Source of the DNA: a virus
Taxonomy: Duplodnaviria; Caudoviricetes
Length of the DNA stretch: 64,000 bases
IMG/VR virus record: IMGVR_UViG_3300042864_000640
Coordinates: 1,394 to 65,393 of that record
Strand: one strand, 5' to 3'
The first letter of the stretch is position 1, and every line of letters starts with the position of its first letter. The notes beneath the pieces are model-generated. The model had not been told where the DNA came from, searched no databases, and worked only from the letters and a program-made list of their open reading frames with translations. The position numbers and the translations under genes were made by a program. Below are positions 30,031-40,212 of the stretch, in pieces.

Positions 30031-30873
30031 ATGCTACTTAAAAAAGGAGACAACAACGAAAACGTAAAATTAATGCAGCAAAAGCTTGGTATTGAGCCAG
30101 CTGTAACTAACTTTGGACCTAAAACTGAAGCAGCTGTAAAAGCTTGGCAAGCAGCAAATGGGTTAACCGCAGACGGTATCGTAGGACCGGCAACTTGGGC
30201 AAAAATAATGGGAGAATCTACGGTAGTAGTTCCTGAACCAGTAGCACCTGCACCAATAGCACCGATAGGTGGATTGAAATTAGATAAATTAAAGGGACAT
30301 ATTCCTGATGCAGTAATCGCAATGATTCCTGATACGGCAGCTAAGTTCCAAATTAATACTCCATTAAGATTAGCACACTTCTTAGCACAATGTGGACACG
30401 AAAGTGGTGGATTTAGAGCAACACAAGAAAACTTAAACTATTCAGCAAAAGGATTGGCGGGTATCTTTAAAAAATATTTCCCAACTGAAGCAGCTGCAGC
30501 TCCATATGCTAGAAATCCACAAAAGATTGCATCTAAAGTATATGGTGGTAGAATGGGTAACGGACCTGAATCAACGGGTGAAGGCTACAAATTCAGAGGT
30601 AGAGGATATATTCAATTGACAGGTAAAGAAAACTATACCGCATTTGGTAAATCAATTGGTGAAGATATGGTAGCAAATCCGGATAAGGTAGCATCTCAAT
30701 ACGCTTTATTATCAGCAGCGTGGTTTTTCTCTAAAAACGGATTGCATAAGATGGCTGATGAAGGAGCAAGTGATTTAGTTGTAACAAAGATTACTAAAAG
30801 AGTAAACGGAGGAACAATCGGATTACCTGACAGAATTAAACATTTTAAAGAATATTATCATTTATTAGCATAA
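30031..30873 (+). CDS. Endolysin: peptidoglycan-binding domain + GH19 lysozyme
   Basis: FGPKTEAAVKAWQ...DGIVGPATW; FLAQCGHES, YKFRGRGYIQLTG, RVNGG. Confidence 0.93.
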   Translation: MLLKKGDNNENVKLMQQKLGIEPAVTNFGPKTEAAVKAWQAANGLTADGIVGPATWAKIMGESTVVVPEPVAPAPIAPIGGLKLDKLKGHIPDAVIAMIPDTAAKFQINTPLRLAHFLAQCGHESGGFRATQENLNYSAKGLAGIFKKYFPTEAAAAPYARNPQKIASKVYGGRMGNGPESTGEGYKFRGRGYIQLTGKENYTAFGKSIGEDMVANPDKVASQYALLSAAWFFSKNGLHKMADEGASDLVVTKITKRVNGGTIGLPDRIKHFKEYYHLLA

Positions 30874-30877
30874 TAAC

Positions 30878-30910
30878 AAAAGGGAGAACATAAAAATTCT
30901 CCCTTTTTTA
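30878..30910 (+). terminator. Intrinsic terminator
   Basis: AAAAGGGAGAA...TTCTCCCTTTTTT. Confidence 0.75.
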
Positions 30911-30963
30911 TTTGGATTTGTAACAAACTTTTCGTATATTTGTTACAATATAAACTAAAAAAA

Positions 30964-31146
30964 ATGAAAGAAAGATTACAAATAGTTATCAATGTCACTT
31001 TAGTAACGTGTGTATTAGGGTTAGCATTATCATATCTTACACAAATAGTTCCAAACTTTCCAAAATTGAATTTTTTAGAAGCAATCGGAGTATATTGTAT
31101 TTGGACACCAATTCACAATTTTTTAATGAGAAAAGATGATGAATAA
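30964..31146 (+). CDS. Small membrane protein
   Basis: Two hydrophobic segments; has its own promoter. Confidence 0.5.
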   Translation: MKERLQIVINVTLVTCVLGLALSYLTQIVPNFPKLNFLEAIGVYCIWTPIHNFLMRKDDE

Positions 31147-31240
31147 TATTGTGGTTAAATAAAAATTTTTATATTTATATGAGTAAATAGTAAATAAATC
31201 AATTGGTTATGTATAAGTTAATGCAAAATTATCATAACCA

Positions 31241-31903
31241 ATGGTCACACAAGATGTTTATTCAGTAAACTTTGTAGAAAAGTTAAAACAAAAGTTATTA
31301 GGACTTTTTGTTTATTCAGTATTAGGATTTATAACTTTAGCGTTATTAACGCAAGTAACATTCTTAGTTCTTACCGCTTTAGATAAAGATGAAATTATCC
31401 AAAGAGCGGTTAATGCATTTGATTGGAAATTCGATGGAAACTTTAAAAACAGCCCAGGCAACATTATGTACGATGCCGATGAGCATGTTTGGGTTGAATC
31501 GGTAACTAATAACGTTAAGATTGGAAAATTGGCTGGAAACAGACAATTGGAATTTGGCGTTAAAAATGTATTGGAAGAATATTTGCAAGAAAAAGGATTG
31601 GATTTAACTCCAACCGCACAAAATAAATTACAAGTACAAATCGTATATTTGGATGTTTTAACAACAAAGAAAAACGTCTCTGTATTTCACAAAAACGAAG
31701 AAGAAGTTGTTATCAGAATGAAGGGTATCCTTTATAAAGATGGCAAAAAGACAAAAGAGGTTATGGTTGAAGAGTCATCATCTGAAATCTCTATGTCAAC
31801 TCTCATAGTGGATGAAGGTGGTAAGTTCAATCAAACTTCTTTAAGTAACGCATTAAAGAAAGCTTCAGAAAAACTTATAACCAAAATCTTTGAGGGAAAA
31901 TAA
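31241..31903 (+). CDS. Membrane-anchored CsgG/FlgT-like fold protein
   Basis: N-terminal TM; LEFGVKNVLEEYL resembles the CsgG-like paralog at 37828. Confidence 0.45.
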   Translation: MVTQDVYSVNFVEKLKQKLLGLFVYSVLGFITLALLTQVTFLVLTALDKDEIIQRAVNAFDWKFDGNFKNSPGNIMYDADEHVWVESVTNNVKIGKLAGNRQLEFGVKNVLEEYLQEKGLDLTPTAQNKLQVQIVYLDVLTTKKNVSVFHKNEEEVVIRMKGILYKDGKKTKEVMVEESSSEISMSTLIVDEGGKFNQTSLSNALKKASEKLITKIFEGK

Positions 31904-31904
31904 A

Positions 31905-33557
31905 ATGAAAAAAATCTTATTGTTTTTAGCGGTATTTTTAGTATCTCTATCATCATTTGCACAATTGACAATTAGTCAATCTTTAACACCTGCTACCGGC
32001 TTAAAAGTGGGTGATACTGTTACCGTAAAATACAATCTAACGAAAGGACAGGTAATCAAAAACCCTCGTTATCTTTGGTTTAGATACCAATTTAATAATA
32101 AGGCATTAACATATGTATCTACTACATTTAATCAAGGTGCATCGGCGCAGACATTCTATACTGGTTGGACTAATTATAAATTTACTCCAAATGGTACTGT
32201 AAGTGATAACGATTTAAGTGCTCAATACGGGTTAACACCTTGGGGATATGCGGTAAATGCAGATTGGAATGTTGGACAATTGACAGTTCAAAGAGCAGAT
32301 GCATCTATTAGTGGTCTAATTGCTACTCAAAAGTATATCTTAAAAGACCAGAATACTTATCCAAATATTTTTAAAATAGATATAGCAACTGGTACTGATA
32401 CTACCGGTGCAAATGTTGGAACTATTACAGGTGGTGGATTCTCATCTATAATAGGTGTAACAGGTAACACATCTCAATTTAAAGTAAAAGTTCTTTACCC
32501 ACAAGGATACACTATTACTGACCACAATGTTCAATTAATGAAATTGAAATCGGATGGTAGTGGTGATATAGATTGGTCACAAGCTCCAATTACACAATTA
32601 CCATTAGATGCTAGTGGTGAAGCACTTTTCACAACACAAGTTAAAGTTGGTGATTCAGTTGGCGTATTTGTTGGACCTGCAATGCAAAAAAGTTGGATGA
32701 ATAACATCGTAACTGTATCCGATGCATATAAAGCATTTTTAGGACATTCACAAACTGATATTAGTGGAACTACAAACTTCTTTACTTTACCTGCTTTAGA
32801 AAAGAAAGTTGGTAAGGTAACTAATAATCAAAACGCATTTGGTGAAGGAGATTCATACGCATTATTTGCGCATGTAATAGGACAAAATATGGATTCTAAT
32901 GCAATGATTCCTACATCAACTTCAACATCGGTAAGATGGTATAGTGGACTATTAAATCAAAGTTGGTTAGATGGTGTTGTTAAGAATAGAGTATTAATCG
33001 ATTCACCTGTAAAAGAAGTTTATGCAGTATTCGCATGGGGTGGCGATTTAAACTGGTCACATTCATCTGACCCGGCTGTAATTGCAACTAAAATAACGGC
33101 AGGACAATATACAAATGCAGTAAATGATAAAGCTACAAATTCAATCAAATCTATGAGTACTGCACCAATGTCTTATAAAACTCAAGCAGCTGAAATTGCT
33201 AAATTGAGTGTAACATCTACATTGGAAAATGGTAAGGTTGTATTAACTACAACTTTAACAAAAGAAGGTTTAGCTGGATTGCAAGTTATAATGAACTATG
33301 ATGAATCTAAATTATCATTAGATAATATAATGTTTGATTCGGGTTCTACAATTACCAACTTTTCAACTCACAAAGATGGTAGATTAACATTTGGTTCTAT
33401 TGACCAATTAAAAACTGCAAGAATTAAAGTTGGAACTCCTTATAAATTAATATTCACACCAAAAACAACTTTAACAAATACAGCAGGATTATTTTTCTTT
33501 GTTCTTTCAGATGCAGTAGATGCAAGTGGTAAGAAAATAGACTTAATAGTTGAATAA
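31905..33557 (+). CDS. Secreted protein with C-terminal cohesin-like domain
   Basis: Signal peptide MKKILLFLAVFLVSLSSFA-Q; C-terminal GLQVIMNYDESKL...NF.....LTFG. Confidence 0.6.
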   Translation: MKKILLFLAVFLVSLSSFAQLTISQSLTPATGLKVGDTVTVKYNLTKGQVIKNPRYLWFRYQFNNKALTYVSTTFNQGASAQTFYTGWTNYKFTPNGTVSDNDLSAQYGLTPWGYAVNADWNVGQLTVQRADASISGLIATQKYILKDQNTYPNIFKIDIATGTDTTGANVGTITGGGFSSIIGVTGNTSQFKVKVLYPQGYTITDHNVQLMKLKSDGSGDIDWSQAPITQLPLDASGEALFTTQVKVGDSVGVFVGPAMQKSWMNNIVTVSDAYKAFLGHSQTDISGTTNFFTLPALEKKVGKVTNNQNAFGEGDSYALFAHVIGQNMDSNAMIPTSTSTSVRWYSGLLNQSWLDGVVKNRVLIDSPVKEVYAVFAWGGDLNWSHSSDPAVIATKITAGQYTNAVNDKATNSIKSMSTAPMSYKTQAAEIAKLSVTSTLENGKVVLTTTLTKEGLAGLQVIMNYDESKLSLDNIMFDSGSTITNFSTHKDGRLTFGSIDQLKTARIKVGTPYKLIFTPKTTLTNTAGLFFFVLSDAVDASGKKIDLIVE

Positions 33558-33558
33558 T

Positions 33559-35847
33559 ATGAGAAAATTATTAGTTACTCTTTTATTATTAATAACATCA
33601 TTTTTAGGGTTCGGGCAGAGTATATCTGCTCCGGACTCTAAATCATTTATACCATCTACAACTGCACAAGATGCAAGTGGATTCCAATTGAGTGGTTTTA
33701 GTGCAACATCGACTTTATTAGCATCAATCAGTTTAATCAACCCATCAACAAATACTACATTCTATCTTAATGATACGAGAGGTTTAGTTGCTGCAAGTGG
33801 ATTTACTTTAAGTGGTAATAAAACTCGTTTGGTAGTAACTGGTACAATGGCTAGTATCAATACCGCTTTAGAAGCTTTAAAAATAAATACAGGTTCGGTA
33901 GTTGGAAATGTTCAATTATCAGTAGCGGCAACTGTTAATCCCGTTGGATATTTCTACAATGGTGTAAACGGACACTTTTATAGACCTATATCAACTGGGG
34001 CAACTTATACAAATGCAAGAACACTATCATCTCAACAAACATTCAAAGGACAAACGGGATATTTGGTAACGATAACATCAGCAGATGAAGATGCTTTTAT
34101 ATTTGCTAATGTTCCACAATCTAGTATTTGGTTTGCATTGACGGATGAAGTAGAGGAAGCTAGATGGACAATAGATGCTGGGCCTGAAAAGGGAACTTTA
34201 ATTAAAATAAATAACGGACAACTAAACGGAAACATTCCTGGTCAATATAATAACTGGGCACCGGGTGAACCAAATAATAGTGGTAACGAAGATTACGCAG
34301 TAACTAAATGGGGTGGAGGTTCTCAATGGAATGATTTACCTAATAATTTTAGTTGTGCTTATGTGGTTGAATTTGGAACTTGGAGTAATCCTGATGATGC
34401 TACATTTACTGAATTTTATAGTAATAGTGTAACTCACTCAAACGGAGAAGTATTAAGAGCTGCATTCAATGTTGATTTTGGTGGCAATGTGGATGAAACT
34501 AAATTTTCAGCAAAAGGATATACATACACAAATAATAATTGGAATATAGTAAATGGAACTGCTAAACAATTAAGTGGTTTGGGTAAAGTTGATTTGACAA
34601 GTTTGTTGGATACTGCAAAGGTTTCAGGTGGTGGGATTAGAGCAACAACATCCGCAGGACAAGTTGAATGGGCAATAATAAATCCATATGATGCAAATTT
34701 AGGTGGGCATCAATTGTTAATAGACGAAAGAGAATTTGATGGAACGGGAGTATCTCCAAACGATATAACATCAATTAAATTATTCGATATATACGATGGC
34801 CCAGTTACTGTTCATAGTGTAAGTGGTTGGTGGAAAACCTATGTAATGCCAGGCAATTTGACAACCAAAATAACTTCATCTACATTTCAAGCTCAATTAA
34901 GATTGCAAGATGGTTGGTATGGAACGAGAGCTGAATTTACTTTCTCACCAATATTAGCTTATAAACCACATGGAATAGAATTAACACATTCAAACCAAAC
35001 GGAACTAAACACATTATATAGTAGTATCGTAGGTGTATCGGATGTATATTTGGCATTCAAAGAATTGGCAGATAAAGGTATATTGGGAAATCAAAGTGGG
35101 TTGGGATTAACAAATGGTATTCAGTATTTAAATGCGGATGTGGATGGCAATGGTGTATTCAATGAGGCAGATACCTACAAACTATTACAACATCTTACAG
35201 GTGTTCAATCACTTTCACAATCTACGGCATTAACTTATTTGATGAAATTATACAATAAAGCAGATTACGATGCGGTAACACCATCAAATTGGGAAACTAA
35301 ATTTAATTCAACTCGTAACCTACTTCCATTTACATTGAGTAGTTTAAATAACACATACAATGTGAGTGTAACTTGGTTAGGAGATGTAAACTTATCACAT
35401 TCTGCACAACAAAGTGTAAGTAGTGTGGCTAGTAATTCAATTAGAACAATGAGTTTATCAACTCAATCAGTTTCAAATCAAATCAACGCATATCTAATGG
35501 GTGAAAATATTGGTGGTAAATTAGTAGTAACGATATCAGTAGACCCATTACAGCAAGAATTAGTAGGTACGCAATTCAATTTAAACTACGATAATACCGC
35601 TCTAAAATTTGAAAAGGTAGAATTCACTACAAAGGGAACTCCTACGAATTTTGGAACTAATAGGGGCACATATGTGACAGTGGGTTCATTGATAACTGAT
35701 GGCTCGACTACATTGGATAAAACGACTGAATATAAAATAACATTTTTACCATCAATCGGATTAAATGGTACATTGGGATTAACTTCAATTTCAAATACCG
35801 ATGCCGTTAATAAAAGTGGTACACAATTAAAAGTAAAGGTAAACTAA
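33559..35847 (+). CDS. Secreted C-type lectin + dockerin-like + cohesin-like protein
   Basis: Signal peptide; YNNWAPGEPNN...WNDL (C-type lectin); ADVDGNGVFNEADTYKLLQHL (dockerin); GTQFNLNYDNTAL.F (cohesin). Confidence 0.7.
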   Translation: MRKLLVTLLLLITSFLGFGQSISAPDSKSFIPSTTAQDASGFQLSGFSATSTLLASISLINPSTNTTFYLNDTRGLVAASGFTLSGNKTRLVVTGTMASINTALEALKINTGSVVGNVQLSVAATVNPVGYFYNGVNGHFYRPISTGATYTNARTLSSQQTFKGQTGYLVTITSADEDAFIFANVPQSSIWFALTDEVEEARWTIDAGPEKGTLIKINNGQLNGNIPGQYNNWAPGEPNNSGNEDYAVTKWGGGSQWNDLPNNFSCAYVVEFGTWSNPDDATFTEFYSNSVTHSNGEVLRAAFNVDFGGNVDETKFSAKGYTYTNNNWNIVNGTAKQLSGLGKVDLTSLLDTAKVSGGGIRATTSAGQVEWAIINPYDANLGGHQLLIDEREFDGTGVSPNDITSIKLFDIYDGPVTVHSVSGWWKTYVMPGNLTTKITSSTFQAQLRLQDGWYGTRAEFTFSPILAYKPHGIELTHSNQTELNTLYSSIVGVSDVYLAFKELADKGILGNQSGLGLTNGIQYLNADVDGNGVFNEADTYKLLQHLTGVQSLSQSTALTYLMKLYNKADYDAVTPSNWETKFNSTRNLLPFTLSSLNNTYNVSVTWLGDVNLSHSAQQSVSSVASNSIRTMSLSTQSVSNQINAYLMGENIGGKLVVTISVDPLQQELVGTQFNLNYDNTALKFEKVEFTTKGTPTNFGTNRGTYVTVGSLITDGSTTLDKTTEYKITFLPSIGLNGTLGLTSISNTDAVNKSGTQLKVKVN

Positions 35848-36188
35848 TGAAAAAGATAATATTAATATCATTGATTTTATTGGTAGGATGTACTAAACCT
35901 GAATTACCAACTCCAACTATGCCTGTTGAAAAAATATTTGAAGTAAAAGAAAGTAAGGTAGTAAACGGACAATCTATTTTCTTTGATTTACCATCAGCAG
36001 GTACATATACTCTAACTTTAATTGATAAAGAGAGTGGACAAGTAATCAGCAGAGAAAGATTTATTGGACAAACTGGAGAAAATATAAAAAAGATTTATAC
36101 GAATTCGATACAATATCAATATTTATATTTGTTATTGGAAGATGTTACTAAAAATCAAATAGGTAAAACAACAATAATAATAAAATAA
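35847..36188 (+). CDS. Lipoprotein
   Basis: Lipobox LVGC. Confidence 0.7.
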   Translation: MKKIILISLILLVGCTKPELPTPTMPVEKIFEVKESKVVNGQSIFFDLPSAGTYTLTLIDKESGQVISRERFIGQTGENIKKIYTNSIQYQYLYLLLEDVTKNQIGKTTIIIK

Positions 36189-36189
36189 G

Positions 36190-36567
36190 ATGAGAAAATT
36201 AATCGTATTAGCATTAGTAATTATTGGATTCGTGGGATGTACAAAAGATGATATATTCCCAGAACCAACAAACCAATTGATATCACCGGAACTTGCAATT
36301 GCAAATTCGGTTGGTATTAAATTGCAGACACCATTCGTAACATCGGAAGTTGCTATGAATGTTAAAATGGAAACCGCTCAACCGGTTACAATTAAAATAT
36401 TTGATATAGCTAATAGAGTTGTATCCAAAGAAACAGTGAATGTTAAAGCAGGTGATAATGTACTCAAAGTATATACATCAGCGTTACCATCATCAGCGTA
36501 TAGAATTGGATTATTTGATTCAAAAAATACGCAATTAGGAATAACGGATTTTAATAAAATAAACTAA
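36190..36567 (+). CDS. Lipoprotein with T9SS-CTD/FlgD-like Ig domain
   Basis: Lipobox FVGC; VTIKIFDIANRVV...AG.N.....SALPS..Y. Confidence 0.6.
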   Translation: MRKLIVLALVIIGFVGCTKDDIFPEPTNQLISPELAIANSVGIKLQTPFVTSEVAMNVKMETAQPVTIKIFDIANRVVSKETVNVKAGDNVLKVYTSALPSSAYRIGLFDSKNTQLGITDFNKIN

Positions 36568-36579
36568 AAATAAAAAAAG

Positions 36580-36897
36580 ATGTCAGAAGAAGTAGAAAAC
36601 TCAAATGATGGTACTCTATCAGGATTAAAGAAAACTATTATTGGTGTGGTAACAACCGCAGTAATGGGATTAGGAACTTGGGGTGTAACTCAATTAACAG
36701 GTGGCGATGAAGCTCCTGCTCCCGCCGCAGCACCAGTAATTAATATTACAAACTCTAACCAACAATCTCAAGCAGCAGGTGGTGGTAAGACTGTAATTAT
36801 TAAAGAAAAAGAAACTGTTAAAGAAAAAGCCGCTCCAGCGCCAGCACCTAAAAAGAAAGAAGGTGATGAGTTCAAAGAAGAAGCACCTAAGTGGTAA
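36580..36897 (+). CDS. Membrane protein with Pro/Ala-rich linker
   Basis: One TM helix. Confidence 0.6.
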   Translation: MSEEVENSNDGTLSGLKKTIIGVVTTAVMGLGTWGVTQLTGGDEAPAPAAAPVINITNSNQQSQAAGGGKTVIIKEKETVKEKAAPAPAPKKKEGDEFKEEAPKW

Positions 36898-36923
36898 TTT
36901 AAAATATAAAAAATTTATATAAA

Positions 36924-37520
36924 ATGGCAGAGCAACAACCGAGTGGTTTTAAAGATTTATTAAGTAATATGATGGCCAGAAGATGGTACATCACCGCATT
37001 GGTATTGGGTGGATTTATGTTAATTATAGGAGGAATGTTCTTCGCTATACTAAATAAATCGGATATAGCAGGAGAGTGGAAAGAACTTCTTCTATTATTA
37101 TTAGGAGCATTTATTGGTTCTTATGGTAAAATCATCGACTATTGGTTTAGTGATACCGATAAGGATAAGATGTTAGTTCAGAAAATGGATGAAGAAGATG
37201 GAACTTCATTATCAAATACTGCAGATTTACCAAACAATCCAATTATTCCAACTGATGTATCTCCATTAGTACTACCGATATCGGAAGTAGTTGAATCAGC
37301 TACAATCGTTGAAGTACCTAAAGCTAAAGTTGGTGTAGAAGTTGATGAGGATGGGGATGGTGTAATGGATGGTTTAGATTTTGATGGTGATGGTAAGATT
37401 GATGAATACTTCGCACATAGACAATGTGAGCACGTTTGGGGTGACTTAGATGGTGATGGCGATGAGGAGTGTTTGAAGTGTGGAAAAATTAAAGATGAAG
37501 ATGCTGAAATGGCAGGATAA
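36924..37520 (+). CDS. Two-TM membrane protein with DxDGDG Ca-binding-like repeats
   Basis: DEDGDG, DFDGDG, DLDGDG; C-terminal C.H.W...C..CG. Confidence 0.65.
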   Translation: MAEQQPSGFKDLLSNMMARRWYITALVLGGFMLIIGGMFFAILNKSDIAGEWKELLLLLLGAFIGSYGKIIDYWFSDTDKDKMLVQKMDEEDGTSLSNTADLPNNPIIPTDVSPLVLPISEVVESATIVEVPKAKVGVEVDEDGDGVMDGLDFDGDGKIDEYFAHRQCEHVWGDLDGDGDEECLKCGKIKDEDAEMAG

Positions 37521-37557
37521 ATAAGTTACATAGTATTAACAATTTAAATTAAAAACT

Positions 37558-37812
37558 ATGGGATTTTGGAAAGAATTATTTAGCGATGACAATCAAATAA
37601 ATGAAAAATCGGTTGTAGGTTTCGCAGCTTTTGCTGTAATGGTATTGGCAATGTTTGCCGATTTAGTAACCGGATATTTTGGTAAAGATTTAGTTATTAA
37701 TGAATTCATTTATAATTCATTTTTAGTTATTTGTTTGGGTTCATTTGGAATCGGTTCAATTGATAAGTTCATCAACAGCAAAAAGCCAACTTCAGAAGAA
37801 GAGGAAGGATAA
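37558..37812 (+). CDS. Two-TM small membrane protein (holin-like candidate)
   Basis: Two hydrophobic helices and a charged tail. Confidence 0.5.
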   Translation: MGFWKELFSDDNQINEKSVVGFAAFAVMVLAMFADLVTGYFGKDLVINEFIYNSFLVICLGSFGIGSIDKFINSKKPTSEEEEG

Positions 37813-37827
37813 ATAAATTATTTATGT

Positions 37828-38550
37828 ATGAAAAAATTATTCGTATTATTAAGTTTATTTTTGTTAAGCAGTGTTGTGGTTGTTGCTCAAACAATAGGAA
37901 AAACACAAACCGAACAATATAAAGCATCATTCGAAACTGCAATTGATATTTCTCGTTTTTTAGATTATGAGGGAAAGCAAATTCCTATTCAAATTCTAAA
38001 AGCAGGTATTTCGGATGAGATGTATGAAATGTATCCCGAACTCAAAGAAAAAAGAGTTGGATTGGGTGTTGCTAATATATCAATGGAATATTTGGAAAAC
38101 CTTAATCGTTTCAAATTCACCGAAGATAAAACGGAAATTAAGAATAGAATGGTTAAGCAATTCCAAGCATCGCAAGCTGGAATTTCCGAAAACAAATTAG
38201 ATGGTAGAGGAAAGATTAACTTAGCAGAATACTTTGTAACAATTGAATGTTATGATTATTCAGTATCGGAAGATGAGACAGTAAACCTTAAAGATGGTGT
38301 AAAGAACCTAATGGTAACTCGTATTGGTTTACAGGTTCGTTTCACAAATGCAGAAACTGGTGTAGTATTCGGAGCAAGTGGACTAGGTGAAGCAAAAACG
38401 ACTAGAGAACTAACACTATTATCAGATGCAACTGTAGATGAAATGAAATTCAATCAATCAACTATTTCAATCGCAACTAAGAAAGCATTGGATATTGCTT
38501 GTGCTAGAATTTTGGATAGAATGATTAAAAAAGGAATATTTGAAAAATAA
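37828..38550 (+). CDS. CsgG-like secreted/envelope protein
   Basis: Signal peptide; GLGVANI..EYL...NRF, IGLQVRFTNAETG.V...SG.GEA. Confidence 0.6.
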   Translation: MKKLFVLLSLFLLSSVVVVAQTIGKTQTEQYKASFETAIDISRFLDYEGKQIPIQILKAGISDEMYEMYPELKEKRVGLGVANISMEYLENLNRFKFTEDKTEIKNRMVKQFQASQAGISENKLDGRGKINLAEYFVTIECYDYSVSEDETVNLKDGVKNLMVTRIGLQVRFTNAETGVVFGASGLGEAKTTRELTLLSDATVDEMKFNQSTISIATKKALDIACARILDRMIKKGIFEK

Positions 38551-38574
38551 TATCTTAATAATTTATTAACATTG

Positions 38575-38602
38575 AAACCCCATCATTAAAATGGGGTTTT
38601 TT
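38575..38602 (+). terminator. Intrinsic terminator
   Basis: AAACCCCAT...ATGGGGTTTTTT. Confidence 0.75.
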
Positions 38603-38612
38603 ATTTATTACT

Positions 38613-39308
38613 ATGAAAGAACTACTAACTATTGTAATCCCTTGTAAAAACGAAAAGGATAATATTTACGAATGTGTTTCATTTATAGCGAAACAAATTG
38701 GTATAGCTGGAACTAGGATTATTATTGCAGATACTTCCGATGAGGGTGTTAGTTTAGATTTTTTAGAATATACGAAAAATGACTACCGATATTCATTAAA
38801 TATTGAACTAATCAAAGGTGGTTTTCCGGCTAAAGCCCGATTGGAGGGAAGTAAATTAGTAACTACTCCTTATATTCTTTTTTTAGATGCAGATATAATG
38901 TTATTCAACAAATTCCTATTAGGCGAATGTTTAGCATATAATACTGATTTAGTAACTGTACCATTCCAAACGGAAAAAGGATTTAATTGGATATTCCGTT
39001 TATTTGATATTCAACAAAGAATAAGTAATTGGATAGGAACTCCATTTGCAGTAGGTGGATTCCAATTATGGAAAACCGAAGCATATTGGAAAACGGGTGG
39101 ATATGATGAAACACATTTATTTGCAGAAGATTATTGGGTTTCTCAAAAAGCAGAAAGTATGAAGATACACAAAACAAAGGGTGTATGGACATCTGCAAGA
39201 AGATTTAAAAACAAAGGATTTCTTTACATGTTTATATTAAGTATCAAATGCTACATCAACCGAAACAATACAAACTTCTTCAAAAACCATCAAAATTATT
39301 GGATATGA
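38613..39308 (+). CDS. Glycosyltransferase family 2
   Basis: IVIPCKNE, FLDAD, GGYDE...AED. Confidence 0.9.
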   Translation: MKELLTIVIPCKNEKDNIYECVSFIAKQIGIAGTRIIIADTSDEGVSLDFLEYTKNDYRYSLNIELIKGGFPAKARLEGSKLVTTPYILFLDADIMLFNKFLLGECLAYNTDLVTVPFQTEKGFNWIFRLFDIQQRISNWIGTPFAVGGFQLWKTEAYWKTGGYDETHLFAEDYWVSQKAESMKIHKTKGVWTSARRFKNKGFLYMFILSIKCYINRNNTNFFKNHQNYWI

Positions 39309-40033
39309 AACATCAAGCAATAATAGTATCCGATTTACATTTGGGAACAAAAGATAGTAAAGCAGACGAGTTTATTGAATTTTTGGATTCACATCCAACC
39401 GATTTACTAATCCTTAATGGGGATATCGTAGATGGTTGGGCTTTAAGTAGAGGAACTAAGTGGAAAAAGCAGCATACTAAAGTTATATCAAAATTATTAA
39501 AATTATCAAAGAAAACCAAAATCATTTGGATAAGGGGAAACCATGATGAGTTTATACAAGAGTTCATTGGAACACATTTGGGAGCAATTGAAATTAGAGA
39601 AGATTATAAGTTGGATATCAATAATACTATGGAGAGTTACTATATTTTCCACGGAGATGTTATTGATGTTTTTATAACCAAATACAAATGGTTATCAAAG
39701 ATAGGTTCAGTAGGATATGATTTTGCACTCTGGTTAAACAGAGTATATAACACATATCGTAAATGGAGAAAGTTACCTTATATATCCATTTCACAAAAGA
39801 TTAAAGAAAGTGTTAAGGTAGCAACAAACTATGTAAACGATTTCGAAGTTACTGCATTATCTATGGCCGCTAAAAAAGGGTGTAATGGGGTGATTTGCGG
39901 ACACATTCACCAACCTGCGGATAGAGTTATTAATGGTAAAAGATATCTCAATAGTGGGGATTGGGTAGAAAATATGAGTGCTATTTGTATAGATAATATT
40001 GGAAAGATATATTTATATAAAAATAGATTATGA
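39305..40033 (+). CDS. LpxH-like metallophosphoesterase (UDP-2,3-diacylglucosamine hydrolase family)
   Basis: SDLHLG, GDIVDGW, GNHD, HGD, CGHIH, NSGDW. Confidence 0.88.
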   Translation: MKHQAIIVSDLHLGTKDSKADEFIEFLDSHPTDLLILNGDIVDGWALSRGTKWKKQHTKVISKLLKLSKKTKIIWIRGNHDEFIQEFIGTHLGAIEIREDYKLDINNTMESYYIFHGDVIDVFITKYKWLSKIGSVGYDFALWLNRVYNTYRKWRKLPYISISQKIKESVKVATNYVNDFEVTALSMAAKKGCNGVICGHIHQPADRVINGKRYLNSGDWVENMSAICIDNIGKIYLYKNRL

Positions 40034-40212
40034 ATAAAAGATTGTTATCAATTTTATTAACAACTGCTATATTATTATTAGTAATTGGAATTGGATATTT
40101 ATTTTATAATTTCCACAGTCAATCATTATCAGTATTAATAGGGATTATAGGTTTGTTGTTCATAAAACATATATACGTTGCAGTATATCATTCATTAGAT
40201 GACAAAGTGTAA
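40030..40212 (+). CDS. Small membrane protein
   Basis: Two TM segments. Confidence 0.5.
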   Translation: MNKRLLSILLTTAILLLVIGIGYLFYNFHSQSLSVLIGIIGLLFIKHIYVAVYHSLDDKV

